From: Fimicolochytrium jonesii
Lineage: Eukaryota
Length of the DNA: 64,000 nt
Reading direction: 5' to 3'
Assembly (NCBI RefSeq): GCF_025526975.1
Contig: NW_026515677.1
Span: forward strand, 310,001 to 374,000
Notes under the pieces: model-generated
Databases searched by the model: none
What the model saw: only the letters and a program-made list of their open reading frames with translations
Told to the model about the DNA's origin: nothing
Shown: piece by piece, positions 49,302 to 61,670 of the stretch
Layout of the letters: each line of letters begins with the position of its first letter
Position numbering within the stretch: the stretch's first letter is position 1
Made by a program: the position numbers and the translations under genes

Positions 49302-50480
49302 TCAGGAACTAGGATTCCCATGCGTAAGGTTCTGCGCGATAGCTCTCATTATGCTCCTCTCACTACTAAACGGGGCATCGCCGGACGACTCCCAAATGAG
49401 CAACCCTCCCAGATTCCGCTCGAACACGAAGCGGCATTTCTCTATGACTGTTTGCGGGTTATCATACGAGTTCAGCACCCGCCTCGCCGGATCGTATGAG
49501 TATGCTGCACACGCAACGGGGTCGAACATCTCACTGGCCCCTGGTACGGGCAGGGCTTTGTAGTCGACGACGCCGTTCTCCCATGATTTGTCGGGGCTTC
49601 CGCCGCTGCAAGGCTTTCCCAACCCGTCCGTGTTTGCGAATCCCCTGCTGTATAACGCAGCCCCGATGAAGATCTTGTACGGCGGCACCCCACGGCTGAG
49701 GTACAAGTCGACCGCCTCCTCTACAGAGTTTGCACCATGCAATGATCTCCTCAGATTCGTCTGATGGCCGGAAACAGATTCGCCCCATGCGCCGTCATGG
49801 AAATCGTACGTCATGACATGGATTTCTTCGAGGAACGGATGAATGCGCTCTAGCGGGATCTTCAATTTCTCTGGCGCGGCTGGCGCACAGAAGCCGATAC
49901 TGAACCCCGGGCCCAGCGCACTCCGCAGCAGTTTGAGCAACTCGATGAAGTTGTCTGCGTCCTCTTTCCGGGCAACATTGCCCTCGTTTCCGTAATTCCG
50001 GCCGTCATCCGATAAGTATTCCCAATCCAAGCTTACGCCGTTAAACAAGCCAGGCCACTCCTCAAACAAGGTTACGATCGACCTGACCATCGTCTGCCTC
50101 CGTGCGGGCGTCAGCACCGCATCAGAGAAGTTCTTACTCCACGTCCACCCCCCAATCGCTAAACTAAAATTGAACCTCTTCCCCTGTTTCCTCAGCTTGT
50201 TGAACTGCCCGAGGTTCCCCAAACACTCTTTGGGACTGTCCCACGCGTTCTGCGGCTCGACGCCGTTGCCCGTGAACGGGTTCTGCACATCCGCCCACAG
50301 GTCCCCCGAACACACCCGGCCGTCGGACTCGACGTTGAAGAAGGCGTAGGAGATGTCGGTTATGTAGTCGATGGGGAGGTCTTTGACGAAGAATCGACGG
50401 CCGTAGTTGGCCCAGGTTGTGTGGTAGTAGATGGCGCGTTTGCCGGAGGCGGGCACGTAGCGTTCGGCTGGAATGAGCAT
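49302..50480 (-). CDS. GH18 chitinase-like protein, intronless, no signal peptide
   Basis: YYHTTWANYGR, ISYAFF, SLAIGGWTWS, FNGVSLDWEY, VMTYDFH, LYSRGF, SYDNP, LGGLLIWESSGD. Confidence 0.92.
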   Translation of the reverse strand: MLIPAERYVPASGKRAIYYHTTWANYGRRFFVKDLPIDYITDISYAFFNVESDGRVCSGDLWADVQNPFTGNGVEPQNAWDSPKECLGNLGQFNKLRKQGKRFNFSLAIGGWTWSKNFSDAVLTPARRQTMVRSIVTLFEEWPGLFNGVSLDWEYLSDDGRNYGNEGNVARKEDADNFIELLKLLRSALGPGFSIGFCAPAAPEKLKIPLERIHPFLEEIHVMTYDFHDGAWGESVSGHQTNLRRSLHGANSVEEAVDLYLSRGVPPYKIFIGAALYSRGFANTDGLGKPCSGGSPDKSWENGVVDYKALPVPGASEMFDPVACAAYSYDPARRVLNSYDNPQTVIEKCRFVFERNLGGLLIWESSGDAPFSSERSIMRAIAQNLTHGNPSS

Positions 50481-52047
50481 CGTGACAGCCGGCACAATGC
50501 GGTTGACGTGTCTTATTGACGGGGGAGAGGGGTTGGGGGGGAAAGCCTGGAAGCGTATTGGAAAAACGGATGGGATGCTTGGAAGTGTTCAGTGCTGGGA
50601 GGTGCTGGGCAGAGTGCTGGGGAGCGCCAAGACATTCCAGGCGGGAAGACCAATGGATGCTTTCCTCGTTCGCTTTTTTTCGAGCAACGCGTTCCCCCCA
50701 GCTAGATCCCATCTATATATATAGATCCCCCATTCTAACACGTTCCACTATTCTTCCGTTGCCTCCAGATGCGTTCTTCGCTCTCCCTACCTGCATATGT
50801 AGGACATATCGCAGCAGCCACAATTCAAACACTAATCTGTTTGAGATTGTGATGACTGCCGAAGATTAGCTCTCGAGAGGTAGGCATCAATCGGGCTTTA
50901 TCCAGTTGTCGTCCAGATCATCGTCCTCATCGTCTGTCTTTCCTTTTGCAATAGATGCTACTTCTTCATGCCCTGAAGCAGGATACCAAGACGTCAAGAT
51001 GATCGCACGTCCGTTGTGAAGCAACACGGGGAGCGTTACGGACGGCCCCGGGACCGCTCATGGTATATGAAGGCACGACCTACGCATTTTGAGCATCACG
51101 CCTGAGTTGGGAACTATTAGTGATCTTCTCTTTAAAGCGTGGTGTAAGATTTGTGCCTGGCTCGCTGAATAATGCCATGGGAAGAACGGGTGCTCTATCG
51201 TGCGTCAGCAACCTGTTGTGGATCACCGGTCGCATCTTCGGCACCTACTATTCTTAGGAACGTGCTGGGATGCTTTGTGTTTGACTCGAGACTGACAGGT
51301 CATGGGCTCAGCGGGTTGGAGCGCCCACTCCTTCTCTATTCGTCGTCGTGGTCGTCCTCATGTCAATTCAACCCGGATTTCTTTTGTAACATGTACATAT
51401 CGTTGTTTGTCGTTTCTCTCCTGTATTTGGCCCTTGTCAAGCGTGAAGTACTTAGTCTGGATGCGTGTCAATGGTTCGTTGCCAGAACTTATGAACTCTA
51501 TGATCTAGATCCAAAATGTTGAGACTACAATTTTGCTCTCCTTTTAACTGCAGAGCATGTTCCGTCTATCGGCGCCGCTCAACTTTGAAGCAAAATTCGC
51601 ATGCCCACTCATATGTGGGAAGAACACGAACAGAGGGAACATTCACGGCGCTGTTGTCGGGCGTCACAAATCCACCATAATACTTGTATTATGCACCTCC
51701 TCCACACTGTGAGATGAGCACAGCATGTCGCTGGGGATATGGTCAGTGTAGAGAGTTCGTCAAGAACCATCACGTCACGACATGAAAGCACAACAAGACA
51801 TGCCTTGGATTTCAACTTTCAAGACAAAAGAGTAAGAGCGACAATTTACATACATTTCAAAAACAGGAAAATTTACATGTAGCGGACAGCGCACGGCGGT
51901 TTCACCAACGGGCCCTGTTGCCGCATAGCAAAAAAATTGGAACTCAGCCCTCCTGGGCTTCAAGAGCGAAGTTGGGGTGTCAAAACCTGCGGTGCTCCAG
52001 TTGCCTGTCATGAAGTGCCCTTTCCACGTTCGGCAATGAACATGAAA

Positions 52048-52948
52048 TCAATCGCTGTGCTTCGGAACTTCGGGATACCTCCTCTGACTCTCGACAAGCT
52101 TCTGCCTCTCCCCACCGGGCCCAGTGTGGCCAGTCACTCTGTCCCTCAAGTCATCAAGCACCTTGAGCACACGATGCATCGGCTTCTGAATCGAGGTTAT
52201 GGGCGGGAGATAGGGGTGCGACCGGGCGGGCACTAAACGACCGCAGAAATATAGGGTTCTTGAGCAGGGATGATAAACATGCGCAGGTAAAGTCAGATTG
52301 TTCTTACCAGCAGGATAGGTCTTGTTGAGTTTCTCGCCCAGCATGTCAAGGTCCGTAGCAGAGACCGAGTCTTGCATCACGGGGAACGGATTCGATTCCT
52401 CCCATTTTGACTCATGTCGCATATACTGCTCAAAGAACCTCCCATCAAATCGTCCGTTCGGAACGAGATCAGTTGACTCACCTCCAAATAAGATCAAAAG
52501 CAACTCACCGCAATCATGCTTCGGACCTCTTCGTCGAATTTGGCCTGCATTGGTCGTGAGAGCGGGTTCTCTGAGTATCTAGGAAACAGGCAACTTACGT
52601 CGGTCTCAGACATCTTTCCGATTCTTTTCATGATGTCCTTCACCTTGTCATGCTGGCCGACCCATTGCATCAACACCTTCCTACCTATTGGGCGGATGTC
52701 ATTGATACCGCGGGTCCCCGGAGAAAAACATATACACACAGGAAATGTCAGAGAGGTCGGCACGCACAAGTTTCACCAACATCGTGTCTCGGCAGCAGCT
52801 TCGTCCGGATGAACGGGTGCACGACCTCCTCCTCGGCGTACTGATGCTCCAGCACACTGCGTCGGATCTCGTCAACCAAGTCTCTGCCATTCTGGAAATC
52901 CCTGCGCTCGTAGCGTGTGTACAGAGATGTGTGCCTTTCTGGTGTCAT
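52048..52948 (-). CDS. Hemerythrin/HHE cation-binding domain protein, multi-exon; 5' end uncertain
   Basis: LEHQYAEEEVVHP, QHDKVK, MRHESKWEESNPFP, DLDMLGEKL, PARSHP...LDDLRDR follow the stand-alone HHE protein pattern. Confidence 0.62.
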
Positions 52949-53283
52949 TCTGATGCCAGACGGAATGACGCGCTGTCGATTTTCGTTCTCGAAGACCGAC
53001 AGTGGCCAGCCGGCAGACAGTCTACTGCTAATCTACCTAATCTAGCGATTCTCTACATTATTACCTTGATTTAAGAGCAACATACGTAGAGGGCCCAATT
53101 TTTGAGGACTGCGTCATCCCAGAGTCGGTGGCGGTTGTTCTGCATATATGAATCGTTCGGGAATTCGGAATCCGCAGCCTCAAACACCGACACTCACTCC
53201 TACAGCTCGTATCACTTTCACAGTCTGATTCGACGTACCTACGGCACCGACGTCTTGATCATCAATTACATCGTTCCGTTGCC

Positions 53284-54272
53284 ATGTCAGTGCTACTTAC
53301 CCACAATTCGCTTGGTGAAGTCCTGGTCGAGTTTCCGTATGTCGAACTTCATTCCCGAAGGATGTTACGGTTCAGGCTCAAGGCAGGATATCCGCAATTA
53401 GGCAAGATTGACTACGCACTTTCCGAGGAACAAAACGGCGCAGTGATGAAGTATAACTTTGCACCGTACATTCGGGCAGCCTTCTGCTGTTGCATATCCG
53501 CAAAGCTGTCGGCATTGGATCCAAAGCAAAAGTGGCCCATGGAATGCTGCCGGCAAATCGCTCACATTCGCAAACACCTCCAGTCCCTTCGGGATGGTGC
53601 TCCGCCACTTGGTTTACTGACAACTCCCGAGAAGAGTACCAGGCTGAATTGAGGGCAATGTGTGCGCGTAGGGACCAGGCTTGTGTGCTCACTGGGAAAG
53701 TCAGCAATGCTCAGTTGAGATGTACGCATATCTTAACGCCAGAGCCCGCCGGCCATTGGGTAAGTGCGGTAAATTCCATGTTCTTTGCACAGAGGCAGTT
53801 CTGACGCAAAATCCACTACTCAGTTCTTCGGGCGCAAAGGCAAGAGGCGACCGTGCTCGCCCGTGTACCAGATTTTGGTGGGGCCCCTTCCGATGGGATG
53901 GACGTCCGCATGACCATCATGATGGAAAGTGGCCTGAATGACGGATTCAACGCATTGGAATTCTCGATCTATCCTGATGGTTCAGATGTGGTATGTACAC
54001 TTTGCCGACTTCAAGATGATACATAACCTGTTTACTCACCTTCGTTCGTTCCCTATGGTGCTAGTTCCGGGTCCATCTCTTCCATCCCGTTGAGGACTTG
54101 TTCCACCAGGGGCACGTATACATTCCCCAAGCCAACTCGCGGTTCGGACGACCAAACGAATACCGCGACCTATTTTCCTCATGCCGAAGTTTTCCAAGAG
54201 AAGTTCATTCAGGCCATACGGTACAACATGTTGCGGCGACAGATCAAAACCCCAGCTGCGATTGCTGCATAG
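53284..54272 (+). pseudogene. Degenerate fungal HNH_2-type endonuclease-like gene, apparently frameshifted
   Basis: ARRDQACVLTG...THIL, MDVRMTIMMESGLNDGFNALEFSIYP, FRVHLF, FPHAEVFQEKFIQAIRYNM resemble the HNH_2 layout, but the segments lie in different frames that the evident introns do not reconcile. Confidence 0.5.
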
Positions 54273-54917
54273 GGTAACCCAGATAGAATTGAGGGGAAAG
54301 CCAAGATTTCGTGTGGCAAGCGTCCGCTGACACTCAAATTTCAGAAAGGAGTCGATGAACGTCTGCTTTGTCAAATTAGAACCAGACGTGCTCTTGATAT
54401 CACCGACCGTAGTCAAGTTTGGGAAACGCCATATAATGTGAATATAATGATTATGATACACATTCCAGCGAGAATTTACTCAATGCTCTCCTCCAACTTC
54501 CTTCTCAGAAGTGCGAGACCTGTTCAACTTGGGTGGGAGTGACATTTATGGGATGTCTGTGAGAGGCGGCTGGGTGGGGGTGAACACAGTGATGACATCA
54601 GCAGTCACTTTGGCCGGAGTTTTCGACGCCCCTTTGCTGCTTCCCTCCCGCCCACCGACCGCCATCACCGAGTCACAAGTAGAACCCCTCTGCGAGAATC
54701 GGTTTGGCAGCGCATAGAGAGACCGTTGCAATACACGGTGGGCTGAACGTTACATCGTAGTTCCTGGTTTCACTCTTCCGGTTGCGTCGATGGCCACTTT
54801 ATTCCAGGTCGGCGCAATGGTCCTTCCTCAGACCTGGGACAGAATCAGTGCTAACTCTCTCCCCCATGCGCTTTCTTGACCGTCACTTAGCTGGGTTCGA
54901 AGCCGGACCATCTGCCC

Positions 54918-57020
54918 ATGCTCCCCGGCCTCCCAGCTCAACACCATCGGGCTCACGCGGGTCGGCGAGCCCATCACCATGGTCAACGCTCCGACTACCT
55001 GATAGCGGCCCGCCGTCGCGCAGAGCAGAATCGGGAGCAGATGCAGCACCAAATACAATACTATGACCGAACACAACAGCAGAGTCGGTTTGAGGAATAC
55101 ACTGAGGATTCTATGCGACGGAGTAGAGTTTCAGAGCGGTTCAAGCAGCTGAAGGTGGAAGAAGATGGGAAACTGGAGGAGAGGAGAGAGAGGTTCGTTC
55201 CGTTTCAATCTGTGGGAGAGCTTCGTAACGGATGAATTTTACGGGTCTCTAAGTGCCGAAAACATAAGATAGGCTGATGAGATCTGGCGTAGGTTACGCC
55301 AGCGTATCGCACAGGATGAGGACCGATATCAGGCCGAGTTGGTTGCTTCCAGGCCAACCAAAGAGTCTCGCGTGTATGCAATGAGGGCGCGGGTGAGCGA
55401 GCTCAAAGCAAAGAGAGAGGCGGAGCGGCAAGCCGTAGTGGGCGATAAATTACTCCAACGATGGAGGTGGGAAACTTTGACATGCCGCTATTTCCATTTC
55501 TCACCTGTCTGACTGGTCTTGGATCATGCAAACATCAGGAATGAATGTGACGAGCTGCGTGTCGTGGAATCCAAAATCCTTGAGACCGAAGTCACGAATG
55601 CTCGTGCGTCACAGTTGATCGAACATGAACAGAAGAGGGCCCTCGCAGTACAAGGTATTTCAAAGATTTCAGGAACGGAAAAGAATGGCTGAATGGCGGT
55701 TGACCCCATTATGCCAGAGAAACAATACTACGATCAACTCTGGGAGCAGGACCGCTTGAAGAAGATCGAGCGCGAGGAGAAGGATAACCAGATTCGCAGG
55801 GAGAGGGATTTGGCAACAAAGCTGGCTCTGGAGGAGCAGCTCAAACTTTTGAGGCTGAACGCTGAGAATGAGGAACGGTTGAAGCAGGAACAAGGCGTTT
55901 TGATGGTATTACATTCTCAAGGGTGGTCGTGCCAACAATCTCGCAGAGGCTTATCTGTCACGTACCCATAGGCCCAAGAAATCGAATTGCAACGTCTTGC
56001 GGAAGAGCGAGCGCATGAGCAGAAACTGCAATCACAACGTCTCATCCGCCTCGACTTGGATACATTCAACAAGAACAGGATTCTGGCGCGACAAAAAGAA
56101 GTCCAGGAAGCGCTCGAGCTGGATTTGAAGATTGTCAACGCGTTCTTCCGTATGGATGAGCAAGAACGGGAAAAACAGAGTCGCCGTAAGGAGGAGCTTA
56201 AACGGGAGATGAAGATGTACATGGACTATCTTCGGGAGCAGCGGCGCGTCGAGGCGGAGAGGGAAAGGGAGATTGAGGAGCTGTATGCTCAGGAGAATGC
56301 CAAGGTATAGCAGGGAGGACAGGAGTTGGTCTTGTTTCCTGCGGAAGCCTAACAGAATCTACGGGATGCTTCATCAGCTCTGGCAAACACGAACAGAGAA
56401 ATGGCAAAGGGAGCAAGCTGCGCGCGATCGTTTGATGCAGGAAGTGATCGCAGGACGGAAAGAGCAGCTGCAACATTCCTGTGAGTGGAACTTGCAGCTA
56501 TTTATCGAATGGGCGCATCCTTTCGTTGCCAGGCTTGCAAGAAGCGGCTTGATAATACTTCCGCTCTCCCAGTGAACCTAAATAAAGCACGATTACACGA
56601 GGCCGAAATCGAGAAACAGGTCCTAGAGGCCCAAGTAGCTTCGATGCAGGCAGGTGAAGAAGAGGCTCGCGAGCGCCAGTACCACGTGGGTCAGGAGTAT
56701 CGCAAGGCGCTGTTGGAGCAAGTGCGGGTGGGGCACGAGCGGAAGGAGAAGGAGCACCAACGCGACTGGGAGCTAGCGGAAGCGGCGAGACTACAGGAGG
56801 AACGATACGCTGAGCTCTTGAAGAGGGAGGTGGCGAACGCACATAACTTGCCGAGGTATGGGTCACGATTTTCTTCACGTGAGCGAGTTCATTCTCATCC
56901 AATTATTTTCGTAGGGTTCGGGCCTTCAGAGGCTCTACTAGGGACCCAATCACAATGTCTACAATACCACAATATGCAACGATAATCGGATCTGGCGGCG
57001 GGAGGCCACCACTTTCCTAA
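54918..57020 (+). CDS. CFAP53: Cilia- and flagella-associated protein 53 (trichoplein-like coiled coil), multi-exon; 3' end approximate
   Basis: DYLIAARR, KLEERRER/LRQ, MRARVSELKAKREAER, KLLQRWR/NECDELR, LWEQDRLKK, WQREQAARDRLMQEVIAGRKEQ typical of CFAP53/CCDC11. Confidence 0.82.
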
Positions 57021-57221
57021 TGAAGTAGATGCAATTATATTTCTCGTATTACCGCTTTATGGGAGCGTAGACACCCGCTCGGCGCTTACACCGACGCACA
57101 ATGCGGGTGGATAGCCCATGAGGACGTCAGTATACACAAAAAGAAACTTTTTGGGATGAGATCCCAGCGTCTTGATAATTTACATTTGGTCCACCCCACA
57201 TACTTCTAATGTACTGTTATT

Positions 57222-60200
57222 TCACTCTTGCACTAGATCTGGCACCGTCTCTGGGATGGCAGCTTCTTGCGGGGGTAGCCCTCCACCTACCACCATGATT
57301 TCATTGCTTTCCGGCGCTTCCAAATCAGGCGGGACAACCAGGTTCCCCTCAGCAATCCCCGGTGGTTCATCCCCAAGCTCTCCCTCAATAGGCGGGGCAA
57401 CCGTACCCTCATCAGCCGTGCCCAACCTAGAACTCTGCCCAGAGTCAATCTCCTCGTCCTCCTCCTCTCCTTCGTCTTCTTCCTCCGGGGCGCCTTCCTC
57501 GGGCTGATCCGCAGCGAGGCGGCCCGCACTTTTGCGTCGTCGGAGGGCTTGGTCTCGTAGATCTACAGAGACGACGAGCCAGTCTGACATGGATTGGGCT
57601 GGGATCGACCCGCGCTTCTTGACGTCGCCCTTGGGGATCGCTGATGGGTGGCAGATTGGCCGGAATCAGTGAAGTGTTGTGCGATTCTGATGTGAAGTGG
57701 TGAGAGGATGGCTTACATTTGAGCACTCTCTTTACGCGAACAAAGCGAATCTTCTTCTGAACCGCTGTTGGGTCGTACTCGATCATGCTTTTCAAGAGAT
57801 CCATGTTGATGAACTGTGGGAAGTAAGTGTCAGATCAGACTGACACTTCTTCGTCCGCAAAAGATTTGGCTATGATCTGCCTTACCCGACAGCAGTCACT
57901 CCATTTCTTCACTGCAAGGAAATAACAACAGGACATTCAGACTCGATGAGCATTTGTGCACGTCCGCTCCTGGTACCAACCTTCTTTTGGAGTCTTCCCA
58001 AACAGATAGAGCACCCCTTTAACAACCTTATGAATGGTGTCTGGGGGCTTGCGATAGCTCCGAAGTTCAGACAACGTCTTATTGTCCAGCTTCGCAAGCG
58101 CCGCGCGAACATTCATTAGCAATAATTTGGGGAAGAGCAGATGTTGGCGAGCGTTCTCGTCGATGTTTTCCGCATCTGATAGGAGCTATACTGGTTACCA
58201 ACAACGCTTGATGTTCTTAGGAGATGAGGGACATCGGTACAATACCAAGCGTAGTAGCATCCATGATTCCACTAGGCAATCCAAAGCCCTCTCTCTTGAC
58301 ATCCTGCATAGCCAATCCCAAAATGCGAGCTGTCTTCCGCACTTCGTCCATATCATCTTCACTGATGTCTAGGGCGGGTTTGACCGCTTTCACTTTCATG
58401 ACCGCCACCGTTTTCCCGGACGGGTCGGCGACGGGCACGAAAGCGGTCGTTCGGCCTTCATGGTCTTTGACTTCTGATGCCTCCGTGCTGTCGCGCGCTT
58501 TCCGTAGGAGTTCACTATTGGGATGGACGAATGAGCAAGCAATTTCATGATATTTTACCATGCGTACAAGTACGTACGACTCGGAATCCCCGGGGCCGAC
58601 TTCCACCATCCGCGACGTTCGTGGTCGCATGTAAGGCGACCCGGGGACGATGGAATCGTCTTCGAGCTTCCCAACACCGAAATCTTCCAGTCGGAAGAGC
58701 AACGGTTCGTCGTTGATGGCGATAGGTGATTCGGGAATGAAGATTTCAATTTCCAATCCGCTCTGCTGTGACGCCCATAGCTTTGCGGCGTTTGCGAGAA
58801 TCATCGCCTTTTCGCGGAGGTTGATTCTCTCCATGACTGCCATCATGGATTTTGATGCATTCTGGAAGGGTTTGAAGTTTATAAACATTACGGTAGTAAT
58901 CTGCAAGTCCTTCACTGCAATCTTTACCTCGACGAACCGCAGATCCGCTTTATCAAAGTCATCCGCCTGCCCTTGCAAGTTCAAACTCATCACGCCGACG
59001 AGTCTTCCGTCACTCGAGCTGATGGGCAGACCGAGATATCGATTGACAGCCATGTTCTCGAGAGTCGCAGAAAAGGCATCCGGATCTCCCTCAAACTCAT
59101 ACGTCGGCAGATCCGGAAGAGCAAGATTTCGCTTGTCTTGGAGGATTTGGGCCTCGACTCCCTTACCGCTCGGCACGGTTTTACCGAGGAGCGCCTCACG
59201 CACGTCACTTGTAGTGGCGACGTGACGAAGGAAAGTCTCGATGGTAACGGCTGCGTCGGGTGTCGCACCAGCTTTTGATGACTGCTCAAGCAGCGAAATC
59301 CGCCCGCGGATGGCATGCTCGGCGTGAATCTTCTGGAAAGCGCCAGTCAACATTTGAAGTGCTTCCGTGCATGCGCCCGCGACGTTGAGGTCATAGCCCT
59401 TCGCCAAAGCGTCAATGGAAGCGATGGTAGCTTTTTCTAGCTCGGCTCTCTCCGTTGCACTGAGCTTTGCTGCCCGGGTAACAGCTGGCGAAAGGTCTGT
59501 TTCCTGGTCTGCTCTGGCTTCCTCCACAGGAGCAGCCTCAGCGGGTTGGACCTTCGCAGTGGCTGCCATCAGAGAGTCCATCATGGAGTTGAACTCTTGA
59601 TCCTTCATGTTACGACATTGCGTCTCGATCAATTTGATGAAGTCTGGTTTCTTCAGATTTTGCTTGGGGTCGCCAAACTGTGATACGGCTGCTTTCTGAA
59701 GCGCCTCAAGCACTGAGTAGACCTTGCTGTCCTTCGCATCTCTTAGGCTTTCCAGTGCACTCGTTAGCAGGGTCTGAACTTCTTCAGGAGCGATGAGTCC
59801 CCGTCCTTGTTCGAGAGCATCAAAAACAGCCTCAGCTCTTTGCCTATGCAGTTCGGACGACAAGGAGCGTTTTGGTGCCTCTTCCTCCTTCGCTTTAGCC
59901 TGTGCCAGTGCTTCCTGCGCAACTTTGGCCGCCTTTTCTGCTGCTATCCGTTTTTCTTCCTCGCCCACCGTATCCGAGAGATATTGCATGAACGCTCGGC
60001 ACGAATCCAGGCCGAGCTCAGCTGCCAAGTGCTTGGTAAAGAGTCCATATGCCTTTTCTGTGCCAAATGACGTGGGCTGCTCAATGCTTGTATCCGCTGA
60101 CTCGGAAATTGCCTTGGTTTCGCCCGCAGTGGCTTCATCCGCCGGAGGAGGGCTGGGGTATTGCCCTAAGGTTTCAGCGAAATCTTGCAGCTCCTGATCC

Positions 60201-61670
60201 ATCATCCCATTACAGAATCGCTCGTATTCGACTCTGAGCCTTCCAACGTCAATTTCCGCATCTGTGGCAAAGCCTTCCAGCGCGGTGCCGAGCTTTGCCA
60301 GCCATTCCTCTTTCCTTGCGTGCTCAGGCAGGTCAGAGAATTGCGGCATGTAATACGCTTTCTCGTAGTCCTGTTGAATCTGATCTCCCATGGTATCGAT
60401 GTATCCCGACAGCTCCTTCAGGAAGATGCTCAGACCTTCAATCGCCCATGAGTCCATTAACTCCATGTGCGATTCGACGAAGTCATCGAGATACCACTTG
60501 GATTTGAGGGTTCTGGTAGTGGATAATGGCTGGCTTCCATGTGCAGCAACCGAACTGTCATCGTTTTCAACGGCGGCTAATTGGTCCGAGCTCGACGCTG
60601 GTTTCACTGACGCAGGTGTGAATGCGGTTATCATCTCGTTCAGTTTCATCATGAGCTCAGGGTTCGTTTGGAGCTCGTCTCTTCGAAACACTGCTCTATA
60701 CGCATCTAGCTAGCATATGAGTCAGTAAGGAGTGCTTTTGGCCATAAGTTGGCCATAAGTTTGCCAAGACCGAACTGTTTCTTCTCAATCCTACTCACCA
60801 GCTCCGAATGAAACACGAACGCCATCTGTGGCCTCCAAAGCTTCTCTGTCCACTTTCTAAAGATCGTCGTCAGAAGCTCCCGGAAGCTCCGACGCCGCTC
60901 ATTGATCTGGGCAGATCGTATCCTCGCAAGTCTCTCCTCTTCCTGGCTCCGCTGCAGCTCCTCCGCCCGAGCCTTCGCTAGCCGCATGTTTTCCAGCTCG
61001 AACAAACGATCCTTCAAAGCAGCGGTGGTCTTCGCCATGCTCCTGGTGTAGGCAGACGAGTTCAAGCTCGAGAAGTTAGAGAACCGTGGGTTGTTGCGAT
61101 ATAGAAACTGGGCTGTGCCAAGTTAGTCGTGCTTCAGTGGGAGACGAACGCTCATCGCGAAAACGCAAGTGCGCATGTACCTAGCCAATTGATCGAATCA
61201 AACTGATCTCTAGGTTTGTCCACCTCAACATTGGTCTCTTCCGCCGCCTCCGCCGCTGCATTGGGGTCGTCTCCCTGCCCATCTTTCCCAGCAGAGGCGT
61301 AAGACCGAACTTCATGTAGGCTCTTCGGCCCAGATCCACCAATCTCCCATCTACTTGGCTTCGATGACGGCTGAGGGTCCTCATTTCCAACCAGATCCCG
61401 TCGTTCAACCTCCTTCAGAAGCTTCTCCAATCCTATTATGAGCGTTGGAAGGGTCGTTTCTACTATATATGCTCTGAGCTCGAGGTCTATTTCCGGGACG
61501 TTGAGGAAGTCATTCGCGAGGGCTTTGATCGCTGTGTCTCGAATTTGCGAATCGAGGAGAGATGGAGGCCGAGCGTTCCGGATGCGCTCGATTGCCTCAA
61601 GATATTCCTTTGCGTCTGTTGTATCGCTATCACCTCCGACACCTGAGGCAGGAGCCGCTGTGACACTCAT
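57222..61670 (-). CDS. EFCAB5: EFCAB5-like protein (Dpy-30/RIIa-like N-terminus, degenerate EF-hands, GAF-like region, dynein-stalk-like C-terminal motif), multi-exon
   Basis: RAYIVETTLPTLIIGLEKLL, FDSINWL/AQFLYRNNPRFSN, VFDALEQGRGLI, YLGLPISSSDGRLVGVMSL...FDKADLRF, LSELRSYRKPPDTIHKVVKGVL. Confidence 0.72.
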
